DNA of 64,000 bases from Thecamonas trahens ATCC 50062 (Eukaryota > Protista > Apusomonadida), in the NCBI RefSeq assembly GCF_000142905.1, contig NW_013657676.1, forward strand, positions 434,001 through 498,000, written 5' to 3'. Positions 21,988-33,379 of this stretch are shown here, one piece after another. Under the pieces are notes generated by a model, which did not search any database, was not told the origin of the DNA, and was given only the letters and a program-made list of their open reading frames with translations. Made by a program: the position numbers and the translations under genes. Every line of letters starts with the position of its first letter. The first letter of the stretch is position 1.

Positions 21988-23468
21988 TCAGCTGCTCGAC
22001 GACGCGTCGTCGAGCTGGGCCTCGAGCTCCTGCAGCTGCTGCGCAAGCCGCGCTTGCCGCGCCGATGACGCATCGAGCATGGTCTCGTAAAAGCCGACCG
22101 AGTTGCGGTTGATCCTTTGACGCAGCGAGTCCATCCGTGCCGCCAGGCTCTCCACCTGCTTGTAGAGTTCGCCCATGCGCGAGTGGTGGATGCGGCGTGC
22201 GGTGGCCAACCGCGATCGTGCCTTGCCCTTGTTCTGCCGGCTGCGAGTGACAAGCATCCGCTTTGATGACGCAATTGTGGGTAGCCCAGCGGCCTCGTCA
22301 TACTCGTACATCGAGTACTCATTGAGCTCCGAGTCGAGGTTGTGAACGACGTACCGCGTCTCGAACGAGTTGGACTTTGCTCCGCCAGACGCCGACGATG
22401 CGTTCGAGTCTGAAAACAGGCTGCCCGTGCGGCAAGGTCGGCACTCCGGATCCGTACTGCGCTCGGCGACGCCGAAGACGACGACGCTGCAGCTAGGGCT
22501 CGCCTGCGATCCGCCCTCTGGACCGCCTGCGCCCGCCGCCGCCGCCTCACCGCACGCTCACGCACCGTCGTCGTCGCAAAGTCGGACGTCGAGAGCGAGT
22601 CGTTGCAGGCGTAGCCTCTCGAGCCTGGGTCCGAGCTCGAGCCAGAGTCCGAGCCGCGTCTGTCAAACCCGACACGGTCAGTCTTGTACTCGGACCAGCT
22701 CGAGGTTGAGCCCGAGGAGCCAGCGCCAGTGCTGGCCTCGCCCGGAGCATCAAAGTCGACTCGGTCCGTCCGGTACTCAGAAAAGCCGCCCGACGACGAG
22801 CTCAGCTCGCGGTCAATGGCAAACTTGTCAAAGTCAACCATGTCGGTACGGTACGAGCCAAACGATACTGACGAGTCGAGCCGCCCCTCGCCGTATGCAT
22901 CAAAGTCAACCCGGTCAGTTCGATACGAACCGCACGACGACGAGGCAAGCTCGATGCCCGAGCCCGAGCCCGAGCCCGAGCCCGAATCCGAGCCCGAACC
23001 CGAGCCTGACGTACTCGGCTCCGGGCGGTCGTCCGAGCGACGCGAGTCAAAATCAACCCGATCCGTCCGATACGAGCCGCACGACGACGAGGCAGACTCT
23101 GCCTCTGGCAACGCGGCGTAGTAGTCAGATGGCTCGTACGGAGTCTCGTCTGACGATGCGTAGTCACGCTGCCAACGTGGGAGCCTTCGGGAAAAGTCAA
23201 CGCGGTCAGTCCGATACGAGCCCTCGGACGACGGTGCGTCCGAATCGAGATGCGGATACTCGTCAAACGGAACCCGATCCGTCCGGTACGAGCCGGGTGA
23301 CGACGACGAGTCCGAGTTGAGGTTCGGATACGCATCAAACGGAACCCGATCCGTCCGATACTCACCCTCTGACGATGACCACTTCCCCACCCCTGTAGCC
23401 GCCCCCGAGCTGCTGCTACTCTCCGACCTGCCAGCCCGAGCCGCCTTGCGACGACCAAAACTCACCAT
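21988..23468 (-). CDS. Ser-rich protein with 8 YRTDRVxF-type repeats and C-terminal coiled coil; intron or frameshift between about 22410 and 22565
   Basis: Repeats lie in the 21600-23492 frame. The C-terminal coiled coil (LYKQVESLAARMDSLRQRI...) is in the 21988-22311 frame, which is open to about 22555. The junction is unresolved. Confidence 0.6.
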
Positions 23469-23844
23469 AAGCCCTTGTTTCGCCACGTCCACGCGACCGC
23501 GACCGCGCTACTCTGTGCGTTCTACTCAGTCTGTATACTCTACTCGGACTGTGCGCAAGAGCCAGTCCTATGTTGGTGTCTCCTCGAACCTTCTGCGACC
23601 TGTCTCACACTATTCCCGTTGGCTCCCGCTCTGCGCCTGCAGCGCGAAGTCGGGTGGAACAGCTGAACAGCCGAACGGCGGTCCGTCTATCCACACCAGC
23701 CGCCCGCCAACCCGCCCACACTCGCCACCCACCCACACCCACCCACACCAGCCCAACCCAACCCGCCAACCGGACAGTCCAACCACACCACCCGTCCCAC
23801 ACCACACATCCATCTCCTCTCCCCTCCCCTCCCCTCCCCTCGGC

Positions 23845-26190
23845 ATGAACGCCTCACAGCCTTCACCTGCCGTGGCTGGCTTTGCGCGCGCACGCCTCGC
23901 AAGCGGCACGGTCTGGTCGAGCCTTGGCGGGCAGGCACGGGCGCGGGCTTGGGCGCACTCTATTCGGGAGCCATATGAGCGGGTGAGCATGTCGGACCCT
24001 ATGGGATACGATGATGAACGTCGCAGCGGCAGGCGAGGCGCGGCACAAGCGCCGTCGGCCCCAGCAGCCGACGCCTCGCTGGTCACCGGGCTGCTAAAGG
24101 ACATTGCGCTGGTGCTCAAGATCGCGGGTGGCCTTGTGGGTCTCACCTCTGCGCTGTTTTTCTTCCGGCGCATGCAATGGCAGCAGGTGCGCGCCATCCG
24201 AGTTGCGTTTCGCGAGCCTAAGGAGCTGCGGTCACATCTCCGGCTTGCCGAGCGCGCGTTTGACGGCGACGGCCCGCGGCGGTCGTGGATCGTCAAGCTC
24301 GAAGACTGGTGGAAGGCGCGGCCGATGAAGAACGCATCGGCGACCGCCACCGCTGCTGGAGTTGACGCCAGCGGCACCGGTGCTGAGAGTGGGCGAGTCG
24401 ATGATGAGGAAGAGGAGCTGTCTGCGGCCGCGCGCGACACGCTCGAGCGCGACTGGCGCGGCCTGCACATGCGGCGAGTCCGTGAAAAGGGCCTCCTGCG
24501 CTCGATCCTGCGGCAGGAGCCTTCAGGGCCGGTTGTGGTGACCGGTGCGTCCGGCTCGGGCAAGTCGGCCATGGTCCGCGAGGTTCTCAACGACCGGCCG
24601 TGGACCATGTACATCAATCTGTACCAGGATCCTGTCGGCGGCTCGACTGACTTTCTTACCCGGTTTGTCCGCGCTTGCGGCTACTATTACCCCCCGATCG
24701 AGCTTGTGGCGCTTGGCATCCTCCGCCAGCAGATTACCGAGCATGACGCCGAAAAGGCGCTCGCGTACACCACCATGGTCCTTCAGCAGCAGCGCTCGCT
24801 GCGCAACGCCATGGGCAACGTGGTTGATGGTCCGATGGGCGTTCCGTTTCCGGTCTTTTGCCTCGACCAAATGCACGATGTGCCGGTGCCGCGACCGGGC
24901 GCGTCCGAGGCCGACCTCGCGCGCGCCGCTGCCTTTCGCAAGTTTGTCGACTGGTGCGTGTATGTGACCGATGCCAAGCTCGCGCATGTGGTCTTTGTCA
25001 CGCGGCCGGGCCTCATCACAGCCATGGACCGCCACCTCGCCCTCCGGTTCCGCCGCGAGCAAGTGTACATGGCGCTCATGTCAGACGGCATGACCAAGGC
25101 GTACTTTCGGTTCCAGGTCAACGCCGAGCTCAAGCGGGTTGGCCTGCCGACACTCTCCGAGGCTACCATTGCGCGCGTTGTTGCCACACTCGGCGGCAAC
25201 CTCAAAGACATCGAGCACTTTCTCTCGGCCGTTCTCCGTGGCCGCCCATGGAAGTCTGTCCTCCGCTCGATGGTCCGCGACTCAACGTTCTCGCTCGAAA
25301 TCGAGATGGACGACATGCTCCGCGAGGCGGCCGACGAGCGCGGGTCCAAGGACATGCGCGAGGGCTTCAAGAAGTTCCTCCGCTTCTGGGCTCTGCTCAA
25401 GTACATGGCCGAGTCGCGCCGGACCCACGTCCCGCGCCGTGAACTCATCTCGGCCGTCTTTCTGCAAGCTTCCCATGAGCTTGAGGACTACGTCGCTCGC
25501 GGCGTGTTGTCCCACACTGATGTGGCGCAGCACTATTACCAGAACGCGCTTCTCACCGAAGAAAAGGCCGCTCTCGAGGCCGAGGCTCTTGCCGAGGAGG
25601 CCGAGAGCGGCAACCCGCGCCGCTCGGACGAGCTCGACGCCGCGCTCGAACAGGCACTCCGCCGCGACGATGCTCAGGCCCAGCAGCGGCTGTACGCCGT
25701 CCAGGGCGGGCTCGACGAGCACTGGCTCATGCCGGCCTCGCCCCGCCTCAAAGTCGCCATGCGCAAGCTAGTCAACGACCCACGCCTCAAGCGCCTTGAG
25801 CGCGAGATCGCCAAAAAGGTGCTCTACCTCGAGTCTCGCAAGCGGACCGACGAGGTTATCGAGGCCCGTCGTGTCATTGCCGCAGAGCTGGAGTCGCTCG
25901 GTGTCATCCTCCGGTCGCAGCTTGCCAACCGCGGCTACCAAGGTCTCGAGGACGAGGCTGTCGACACCGCTGCAAAGCTCCTTAATCAGCTTTCAGCATA
26001 CGCCGACGAGTCGGCCGAGCTGGAGACCCGCCTCACTACCTTCCGCTGGAACAACACGGCCAAGCTGGCCAACTCACGCATTGCCACCTCGTCTTCTGCG
26101 CCGGCCGCCACCGTTGCCGCCGCTGCTGCCGCTGCTGCCGAGGCCGAGGCCTCGTCCACGTCGTCATCATCCGGTGCGTCTTCGCTCTGA
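23845..26190 (+). CDS. Yme2/RNA12-like membrane-anchored P-loop protein
   Basis: TM IALVLKIAGGLVGLTSALFFF, Walker A GASGSGKS, FVRACGYY, PVFCLD, W..YVTDAKLAHVVFVT, LGGNLKDIE and PRLKVAMRKLVND; the motif order matches the fungal RNA12 domain. Confidence 0.7.
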   Translation: MNASQPSPAVAGFARARLASGTVWSSLGGQARARAWAHSIREPYERVSMSDPMGYDDERRSGRRGAAQAPSAPAADASLVTGLLKDIALVLKIAGGLVGLTSALFFFRRMQWQQVRAIRVAFREPKELRSHLRLAERAFDGDGPRRSWIVKLEDWWKARPMKNASATATAAGVDASGTGAESGRVDDEEEELSAAARDTLERDWRGLHMRRVREKGLLRSILRQEPSGPVVVTGASGSGKSAMVREVLNDRPWTMYINLYQDPVGGSTDFLTRFVRACGYYYPPIELVALGILRQQITEHDAEKALAYTTMVLQQQRSLRNAMGNVVDGPMGVPFPVFCLDQMHDVPVPRPGASEADLARAAAFRKFVDWCVYVTDAKLAHVVFVTRPGLITAMDRHLALRFRREQVYMALMSDGMTKAYFRFQVNAELKRVGLPTLSEATIARVVATLGGNLKDIEHFLSAVLRGRPWKSVLRSMVRDSTFSLEIEMDDMLREAADERGSKDMREGFKKFLRFWALLKYMAESRRTHVPRRELISAVFLQASHELEDYVARGVLSHTDVAQHYYQNALLTEEKAALEAEALAEEAESGNPRRSDELDAALEQALRRDDAQAQQRLYAVQGGLDEHWLMPASPRLKVAMRKLVNDPRLKRLEREIAKKVLYLESRKRTDEVIEARRVIAAELESLGVILRSQLANRGYQGLEDEAVDTAAKLLNQLSAYADESAELETRLTTFRWNNTAKLANSRIATSSSAPAATVAAAAAAAAEAEASSTSSSSGASSL

Positions 26191-27570
26191 CGTGCCCCCA
26201 CCTCTGCCAGTGGCACAAAGCTCTTGGATCGATAGAGCTGGCTTGCTGACTGCCAAGGCGTTGGATGGCTCTCGGCCGCACACCACTGCTTCCCGATCCG
26301 CACTTTTGCCACTCTTGTGCTATCGCCCGCACACGCGCGCGTGCAGTGGCGGCGATCAAGCCTTCTCTGTGCGAGACTAGCCATGTGCGATGCGGAACTC
26401 CGCCTCATTACCGGTAGGTCCCCCCGAATCCCTTAACATCATACTAGTGACATCTGCCCTTCCTCCTACCAACGTAGCCAGTGCACCCGGCTATGGTTGT
26501 TTCCGACAGAGTGCGTTTGTGGTTGCCTGTGGTGCTGTGTGGTAGAAATCGACGCAAGCCCTTTTCCTGCCGCGCAAGAGTCATCGGTTACGCAGCGAGT
26601 CCGAACCTCTTGCGGCTACGTCTCTCGAAGATGGACACCTAGAGAGAGCATCAGAGCAGCCCTTGACGTGTGCAACTTGTAGACGTTTACGTTAGCATGA
26701 GAGGCACGCCCCGAAACCGGTTTGAGGGTGGTGCAGGGAGTGCAAGGCCGCCAGTTGGGGCCGGGAAAAGATGGGGCTACTGGCGGTGGCAGATTTTTTT
26801 GGCAATTGCAGCCCCCCTTCCTCTCCACGACACAAGACATGCGAGGATGAGGCACACCACTCACACGAACCTAAGGCTTCTCCAACACCAACCGGTGCCT
26901 TGGATGTGCCTCTGGTGAGGCGCATGCCAAAGCGGTGTGTGCGCTGCGGCGGCTAGCGGCGTCGCCAACGGTAATGCCGAGGATGGGCCTGTGTCATCGA
27001 CGGCCATCCCCGCCGTCTCCGCTCAACCACTTCAGGGTTGTGTCACCGCTGCCACGACGACGGGATGAGCCCGTGGAGAGGCAGGCGGATGCCGCGCAAG
27101 AAACGGTGAACGCGCCGCCTACTCCTTCCACCCCCACGGCGGAGCATGCTTGTCCCAGGCTTCCACCCGTACTGCCGACCACGCCGGCAGCCGGCCGTCA
27201 GCGAGCTCCTGTCCGCCACTCCAGCCCAGAGCCAGTCCGCGGCCGAGGCTTGTGCCAAGACGATGCAACTTGTGCGGCACGATCCAGTTGTGCGAGGAGG
27301 TCGAGGCAGCGAGTGGTAGACACGGACCACCGAGCCAGGACCTGCACCAGGCGATGGCGACCAGGACGTCCCGCGGTAGCGGTGCGGCCAAGTTTCGGAC
27401 ACGGGTAGGGGCGAGCCCGGTGGTCCGGGTGAGCTCGACCGACCCCGTGGTGCGGACGCTGCTTGCCGAGCTTTACGATGCGACCACAGGCGGGGCGAGC
27501 GGCGGCGACGATGGCGACAATGCAATTGCCTTCTTCTGAGGACGCGGCAAACTAAGGTAACAGGTAAAGA

Positions 27571-30324
27571 TTAATCTCGCATGCGCTGCAGAAAGTCGAG
27601 GAACGAGCGGAGGAGCGGGCGCGAGTGGAACGCACACGAGAGGCGAGGGAGGCGCGGATTGGGGCAGCGAGAGATGAGCTCGCAGACGGCAACCATGGGC
27701 ATATGGCACATGTCCGGCCGCTTCTGGGTACACTCGAGATTGGCGACGAGTCCAGCCTTCGGGCCGAGGCCGCCAGCAAGATCATGCATGGGCACCACGT
27801 TGACGACGTAGCGCGAGATGTCACGGAGCGGGATGCCGAGCCGCTTGCGGGCGAGGACAATGCCCGGGGCGGAAAAGGCGACGGCGTGTGTCCCGACCGA
27901 CGAGCCGACAATCTTGGCGATGCCGCCACCGAGCGAGTGGCCAACGACGACAACCTTGGACTTGCGGAGGAGGCGCTGGACGTGGGCAATGACAACGTCG
28001 TGGTATCGCCGTTCCGAGTCTGGCAGCAAGTGCTCCACAGTAGCGGCCATCTCGACAATGGCGGCGATGAGGTCGGTCGGCCAAATGGAGAGGCCGGGAA
28101 AGACAACCGAGAAAAACTGCAGCGTGGCCGTTTCGATCCAGAGGTCCAGATCCTGGACCCAGTCGAGAATGTCAAAGAGGCCAGTGCCGCGGATCGAGAT
28201 GACTGTCAGGTTACGCGACGGCGAGTACAGCTCGTAGAAGCGAACCCGTGAGTGGTGGGCCGGAGCCTGCAAGTCCGACATGGCCGGAGCCGGGCGCGAG
28301 ACGTTGACCAGCAGAAAGTCGTCAAGGAGCGAGTGGAGATAGAGGTCGAACGACGGCGTGCCCGGCGGGAGGTATGAGAGAAGCGAGAGGAGCGAGTAGT
28401 CGGATAGTGTGAGGCCGTGAAGCTGGTAGGAGCAAAAGGCGTATCCGTCACTGCGAGCCGGAGGCGAGGATTTCCACGGTCGGCCGAGCGGCCACAGATT
28501 GGCCCACGCCTGAACATCATCGCCGTCCACCGAAAACTTGACCGAGAGGCCATTGGTCGACGGCGCGCTAGCTGGCGGGAGGGGAGCAGCGGCCGGTGAC
28601 AGCGGAGCGCCGCCGATAGTAAAGTGGTCAGGGAACGAGGACTCGTCCCACACAAACGACTGGACGGTGCCCACAACCATGACGGTCATGACAACGAGGA
28701 TGATGCCAGAGAGCCACCAGATGATGCGGCGACGGAGGCGGCGGCGCGGGGCCTGCGAGGCGACCTTGGGCGGATGGGTCAGCTTCCACACCATGTTGGA
28801 GATCGAGTTAATGGAAAAGGCGACAATGACGACGGCGAGCCACGAGCGGAAAAGCTTGTAGACAATGCCGACAAGAGCAACAGCAGCCGCGAGCTTGACG
28901 GCGCGAAAGGCATACGGTCCGGCAAGCAACATCTTGAGACCCTTGAAGAGAAAGACGCCCTGATGGAGGAAAAACCAGACCATGGCGTAGAAGAACGAGT
29001 GCCCAGACGAGATGACCAGGTACGAGCCGAGACCGCCAATAAATCCCTGGTTGGAAAAGAGCGCGTAGATGGGGAGAAAGAGCGAGGAGAGAACCATCGA
29101 GCCGTAAGTGACGTCCGAGGTGACGGCGGCCCAGTTGGCGTCGGACGAGATGATCTCATCGAGCATCGAGAGCGAGAGCTGCGGGCCGCGCCCGCCGTCA
29201 AAGGCCCACAGCTCGTCGTCCGAGGCGTCAAGCTCCGGCGATGAGTCGCGCGGGGAGGCCGATTCCGAGCCGTGCACCACAGCCGCCGCGAGCTTGACCG
29301 GGCGGGAAGCGATGGCAGCGACAAAGACGGCAAAGTGTGCGAGGAGAAGACCGCAGACGGCAAAGGTGTTGAAGTAGATTTCGCACCGGACCGAGCACTT
29401 GTGGCCAGTGCATGCGGTGCAGAGACGGACGTGCAGCGGACACTTGTAGCACGAGGCGTGCGAGTAGGCAATGACGGTGTTGATGAGGATGACAAGGAGC
29501 AGGACGATCGGAACCGAGCAAACAAAGGTGATGGGCGCAATGAGCCGGTCGCGTGTGGCATCGATGGCCTGCGAGAGGCGCGACGGCGATGAGCCCGCGT
29601 CGGCCAGCGTGGCATCAGAGCCGTCATCAGCAACGGCACGAGAGTACGGCTGAAGCCGCGGGTGGCCCAGGTGGACGTCGCCGTCGCTCTCGTCACCATC
29701 TGAAGAGGCCTCCCACGGTGCAGGTGGCGATGAACATGACGCGCGGGAGGCGTTGCGAAGGCGAAGAACTTCAAAGCGTGGCGAGTCCACCGCAGTGGAG
29801 GCGGCAGCGACGCCGGCGTCGCCGGGCGAGGCCTCACGGAGGAGCGCAGGCTTGAACAGACGGTACTCGGCGTCAGGCTCGGGCGAGCCGTCGTGGACCG
29901 ACCCGACTAGCCGGCGGTGCGGATCGAGATGGAGGATACGGAGCAGGGCGCGTGGCGAGGCAAAGATGGCACGGCGGTCGTTGTCAGAGAGGACCGTGCC
30001 GAGCCGCACGATGGAGACGACGTCGGACATGAGGCAGCGGAGGCGCGGAAAGGGCTCGACCGAGGGTAGCAGATCAAAGAGCAGATTGAGAAAGACCCGG
30101 AGAGCGAGGACAAGGCCGAGGATGACCTGGACCATGAAGACTACCTGGAGTGGGACGACCCACATCGCGCCTTCGCTTCGTGATGACATCAAGATGTTGA
30201 AGGTAAACTCGAGGACGGTCTTGAAGGCGAGGACGACGACAAAGGCAAAGACCGGGAGGTAGTGGTAGACCAGGAGCAGCTGGGATAGCATCTTGCCCAC
30301 GAACACTCTGGACCGGAAAACCAT
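27571..30324 (-). CDS. Multi-pass membrane protein with C-terminal class-3 lipase domain
   Basis: Many hydrophobic segments; ISIRGT, VVGHSLGGG (GxSxG), AFSAPG, VPMHD and a C-terminal His. Confidence 0.85.
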   Translation of the reverse strand: MVFRSRVFVGKMLSQLLLVYHYLPVFAFVVVLAFKTVLEFTFNILMSSRSEGAMWVVPLQVVFMVQVILGLVLALRVFLNLLFDLLPSVEPFPRLRCLMSDVVSIVRLGTVLSDNDRRAIFASPRALLRILHLDPHRRLVGSVHDGSPEPDAEYRLFKPALLREASPGDAGVAAASTAVDSPRFEVLRLRNASRASCSSPPAPWEASSDGDESDGDVHLGHPRLQPYSRAVADDGSDATLADAGSSPSRLSQAIDATRDRLIAPITFVCSVPIVLLLVILINTVIAYSHASCYKCPLHVRLCTACTGHKCSVRCEIYFNTFAVCGLLLAHFAVFVAAIASRPVKLAAAVVHGSESASPRDSSPELDASDDELWAFDGGRGPQLSLSMLDEIISSDANWAAVTSDVTYGSMVLSSLFLPIYALFSNQGFIGGLGSYLVISSGHSFFYAMVWFFLHQGVFLFKGLKMLLAGPYAFRAVKLAAAVALVGIVYKLFRSWLAVVIVAFSINSISNMVWKLTHPPKVASQAPRRRLRRRIIWWLSGIILVVMTVMVVGTVQSFVWDESSFPDHFTIGGAPLSPAAAPLPPASAPSTNGLSVKFSVDGDDVQAWANLWPLGRPWKSSPPARSDGYAFCSYQLHGLTLSDYSLLSLLSYLPPGTPSFDLYLHSLLDDFLLVNVSRPAPAMSDLQAPAHHSRVRFYELYSPSRNLTVISIRGTGLFDILDWVQDLDLWIETATLQFFSVVFPGLSIWPTDLIAAIVEMAATVEHLLPDSERRYHDVVIAHVQRLLRKSKVVVVGHSLGGGIAKIVGSSVGTHAVAFSAPGIVLARKRLGIPLRDISRYVVNVVPMHDLAGGLGPKAGLVANLECTQKRPDMCHMPMVAVCELISRCPNPRLPRLSCAFHSRPLLRSFLDFLQRMRD

Positions 30325-30715
30325 GTTGACATGCGGAGTGGACCGTGGGGAGGAGGCTTGGAGTGGGGTGGCGGTGGCACAGGGTGCAGAGGAGATGGGG
30401 GGTGATCACGATCGCTATCGCCATCGTCATCGCCATCGCCATCGGGGGGCCGTAAGAGTGAGGGATGGGAGCAAAAGGGAGGATCGGGATGGTACAGAGA
30501 ATAAAGAGATTATAGAAAGGCGAGTACTTGTAAATAGGGAGGCGGAGAACGGGGTGGAGAGGGGGGGGGGGGGGAAGAGGCCGGCACGCGGCGAGAGGCT
30601 ACGATCCGATCCAGGGCCAGCTTGGGCACAGCGGGTGAGGGCCAGGGATGGCGACAGCGTGCCGGAGGGAGGAGAGAGAAGAGAGGCCAGACTTGAGTAT
30701 CTAACGAACGGAAGC

Positions 30716-31573
30716 ATGGGCCGGCGGAAGAAGAACAACAGTAAGGCCAAGGCCAAGAAGCTTGCGCGGAAGGCCGAGGTGGCGCAGACGGCGCAATGGA
30801 CGGCGGCTGTGCGGCGGGCGGCGGCCGCGGAAGACATCTTTGCCCTGATGCCGGCATTCCGCAAGTACCAGACACCAGATGGGCGCGAGATCGAGCTCAC
30901 GTTCCACGATGTGAGCGAGATGGACAGCGATGAGGTCGGATGGGCGTTTGGCCTGCTCAAAGCCAACATGGAGGCCATGTATGTAGAGTCGGGCTGGGGC
31001 TGGGACGACGACCAGAAGCTCAGCGAGATGACGGCCGAGGGGATGAAGTACGTCATTGCCACCGACGTTGGCTCGGGCGAACGGCTTGGCTACGCCGAGT
31101 TTATGTACACCATTGAGAAGCCGCTCGGCGTGGCGCTCTACGTCTACGAGATCCAGCTTGCGCCCGACGCCCGCCGGGCCGGACTCGGCCGCCGACTGAT
31201 GCAAGTCATGGAGTTGGCTGCTGCCATGCTCTCGGTCCCCAACGTCCTGCTCACTGTCTTTACCGCCAACGTTGACGCCCTCGCCTTTTACACCGCCCTC
31301 AAGTACCAGCCCAACACCGAGGTTGAGGGCGCGGCACCGACCTGGAACGAGCATCTGCAGATCCACGAGGATCCGGCCTGGCACGTCATGCACAAGCCCA
31401 TCGCTTGTCGCCCTGCACCTTCCCCAGCTCAAGATTCTGCAAGCTCTGCTGCTGGTGCGAGCTCTGCTTGCTCTAAGGCCGCAGTATCCGCAGAGTTCCA
31501 AATGATAGCTGTGAAAGCAAACACCCTCGCCCTCAGCCGGATAGCACGGGTAGCAGCGAGCAGCCGAGCGTAG
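30716..31573 (+). CDS. NAA40: N-alpha-acetyltransferase 40 (NatD)
   Basis: WAFGLLKANMEAMY..SGWGW..K..EM, LYVYEIQL, RRAGLGRRLM and LLTVFTAN..ALAFY. Confidence 0.9.
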   Translation: MGRRKKNNSKAKAKKLARKAEVAQTAQWTAAVRRAAAAEDIFALMPAFRKYQTPDGREIELTFHDVSEMDSDEVGWAFGLLKANMEAMYVESGWGWDDDQKLSEMTAEGMKYVIATDVGSGERLGYAEFMYTIEKPLGVALYVYEIQLAPDARRAGLGRRLMQVMELAAAMLSVPNVLLTVFTANVDALAFYTALKYQPNTEVEGAAPTWNEHLQIHEDPAWHVMHKPIACRPAPSPAQDSASSAAGASSACSKAAVSAEFQMIAVKANTLALSRIARVAASSRA

Positions 31574-31747
31574 TAGATTCCAAGGCTTGGCGCTCCCTCG
31601 CCAGCCACACTCACGCACACACACAACACACACACACACACCACTTGACTCGCCCCACACCCCACACCACACACACACACACCACATACCACCACGCCAC
31701 AACCTCACCACAACCACACACATACACAGAGCCAACATTCATCCGGC

Positions 31748-32958
31748 ATGGCGTCACAGCAGGCCGCCGAGCTGGCGCAGAAGCTCAAGGCCACTCGCAG
31801 CCAAGAGGTACGGAGCCATGCCAAAGCCATTCCTTCCTCTCCCTCTCTCCCCGCCACACTCACCACGCTCTTCACTCATACGTGAGAGGAAATGGCATTG
31901 TGTAGGCTGCTGGCGCGCTCGAGGGCGGGCTGAGGACAGACGATGTCGGCGCTGGCCGTGGCGCGGCCGCGCGCGAACGGTACCAAGCGACCATCGAGAC
32001 GTTGCGGAGCAAGGTGGCAGCACTGGAAGCGCAAGTGGCCGAGGCTGAAGCTGCAGCTGCAGCGGGAGGTGGTGGTGGTGGTGAGGGTGTCCCTGGGCAG
32101 GATGCTGTCATCGACGATGAGGCGCTGCGCAGAATGGTGCTGGCCAAGGCGACAGGCGGCCCCGGTTCGCGGTCGGTGGTCAAGGGCAAGCTGGACCCGC
32201 TCCGCGCGTTGGGCGAGGACGCTGGCGACGATGACGATGACGACGACGGCGATGAGGGCGGGAGTGGGCCGCGTGTCCAGGTCACGCCCGAGCACGTAGC
32301 CGAGCTCGCGTCAGTCGCAGGCGTCCACTTTGACAGGACACACAACAGCCTGCTCGAGCCCGATGCTGAGCGCAACGGGCTGCGGCTGCGACGGTACGAG
32401 CTTCAGGGGACGTCGCACGGCTTGGGGTTCGCGCTCCATTTTGACGTCAACGAGGAGGCGCTACGGGTGGAGCGGGTCGAGGTTGAGGTTGACAAGCTTC
32501 TCACGCGCGAGCTGAGCGGGCTGGTGACCCACGTGGAGGAGACGTGCTCGCTGCGGGCGTTCTTCAAGACCTTTGCGCGCTTTGCCAAGCTCCGCTCGCT
32601 CCGCACTGCGCTCTTTCGCACTCTCAAGATCGAATACGGCGAGTGGGTCGTCCTGCCGCACGGCGCCGCCAACTCGGCGACCATGGTTGTGGCCGCGCCT
32701 TCGTCGGGCGACGGCAGCGCGCCATTTGAGTTTACCTTTCTGTGGCAGATTGCCTCGGACACCCGCGGCAAGCTTGAGCAGAACATCCAGATCTTCCCCT
32801 CGGTCTCGCTCGGCCTCGTCGAGCTCGACGCCGAGGCCTCGTTTGCAGTCACTGCCGAACTCACGACTCACTTTCGCAAACTCGTCGCCTGGGGCGGCGT
32901 TACCGCCGCGCTTCGGGTCCTCATCGGCATTGTGCGATCCGGGAAACTGACGCCGTAA
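31748..32958 (+). CDS. CENPP: Centromere protein P (CENP-P/Ctf19); exons 31748-31807 and 31906-32958
   Basis: N-terminal coiled coil, then RYELQG..HGLGFALHF, ELSGLV..VEE..SL..FF..F..F...R..LF..LK.EY, FEFTFLWQI..D..GK and FRKLV..GV.AAL..LI, collinear with the CENP-P double-RWD region. Phase-0 intron GTACGG..TAG. Confidence 0.8.
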
Positions 32959-33379
32959 TCGCCTGTCCGCCGTCGGCCGCGTTGGCTCGCGCTGATGTGC
33001 CGTCGTCGCAGTACGCCGTCACGGCATCGTCACGAGTTGTGCACCAGCACCAGCAATGCCAAGCACGGCCCGGCTCGATGGCTCATCATCACATAACATA
33101 CACCCTAACCCTGCCGACCACCATCACTCAGCTTGCACCTCGGTTCCTGCTGCGGCCACACCTCAAGCCGCGAGTACACAATGTAATTTTTCTCCCATTG
33201 CCAGAAGCCTGACAGTTGGCGTTGACTCCCTCTGACGAACGTTGCGACGGGAGCGCAACGGAAGCCGGCGGCCAACGACCACCTCGCTCCCCACGTCGTT
33301 CCCCTCCCCCTCTTCCCCTCTCCCCTCCCCTCCCATACACCGAGACTCGTAGACCGGTAACTTGTCGCGTGACGCCACC

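Noticed and set aside
22660-23370. Repeat-spacer pattern superficially like a CRISPR array
   Set aside because: Repeats vary at synonymous positions and are in-frame peptide repeats; eukaryotic context and no cas genes.
26400-27539. Possible small gene(s) with CxxC pairs (CVRCGG, CNLCG; ORFs 26771-26956, 26935-27408, 27150-27539)
   Set aside because: No consistent frame, splice model or family motif could be established.
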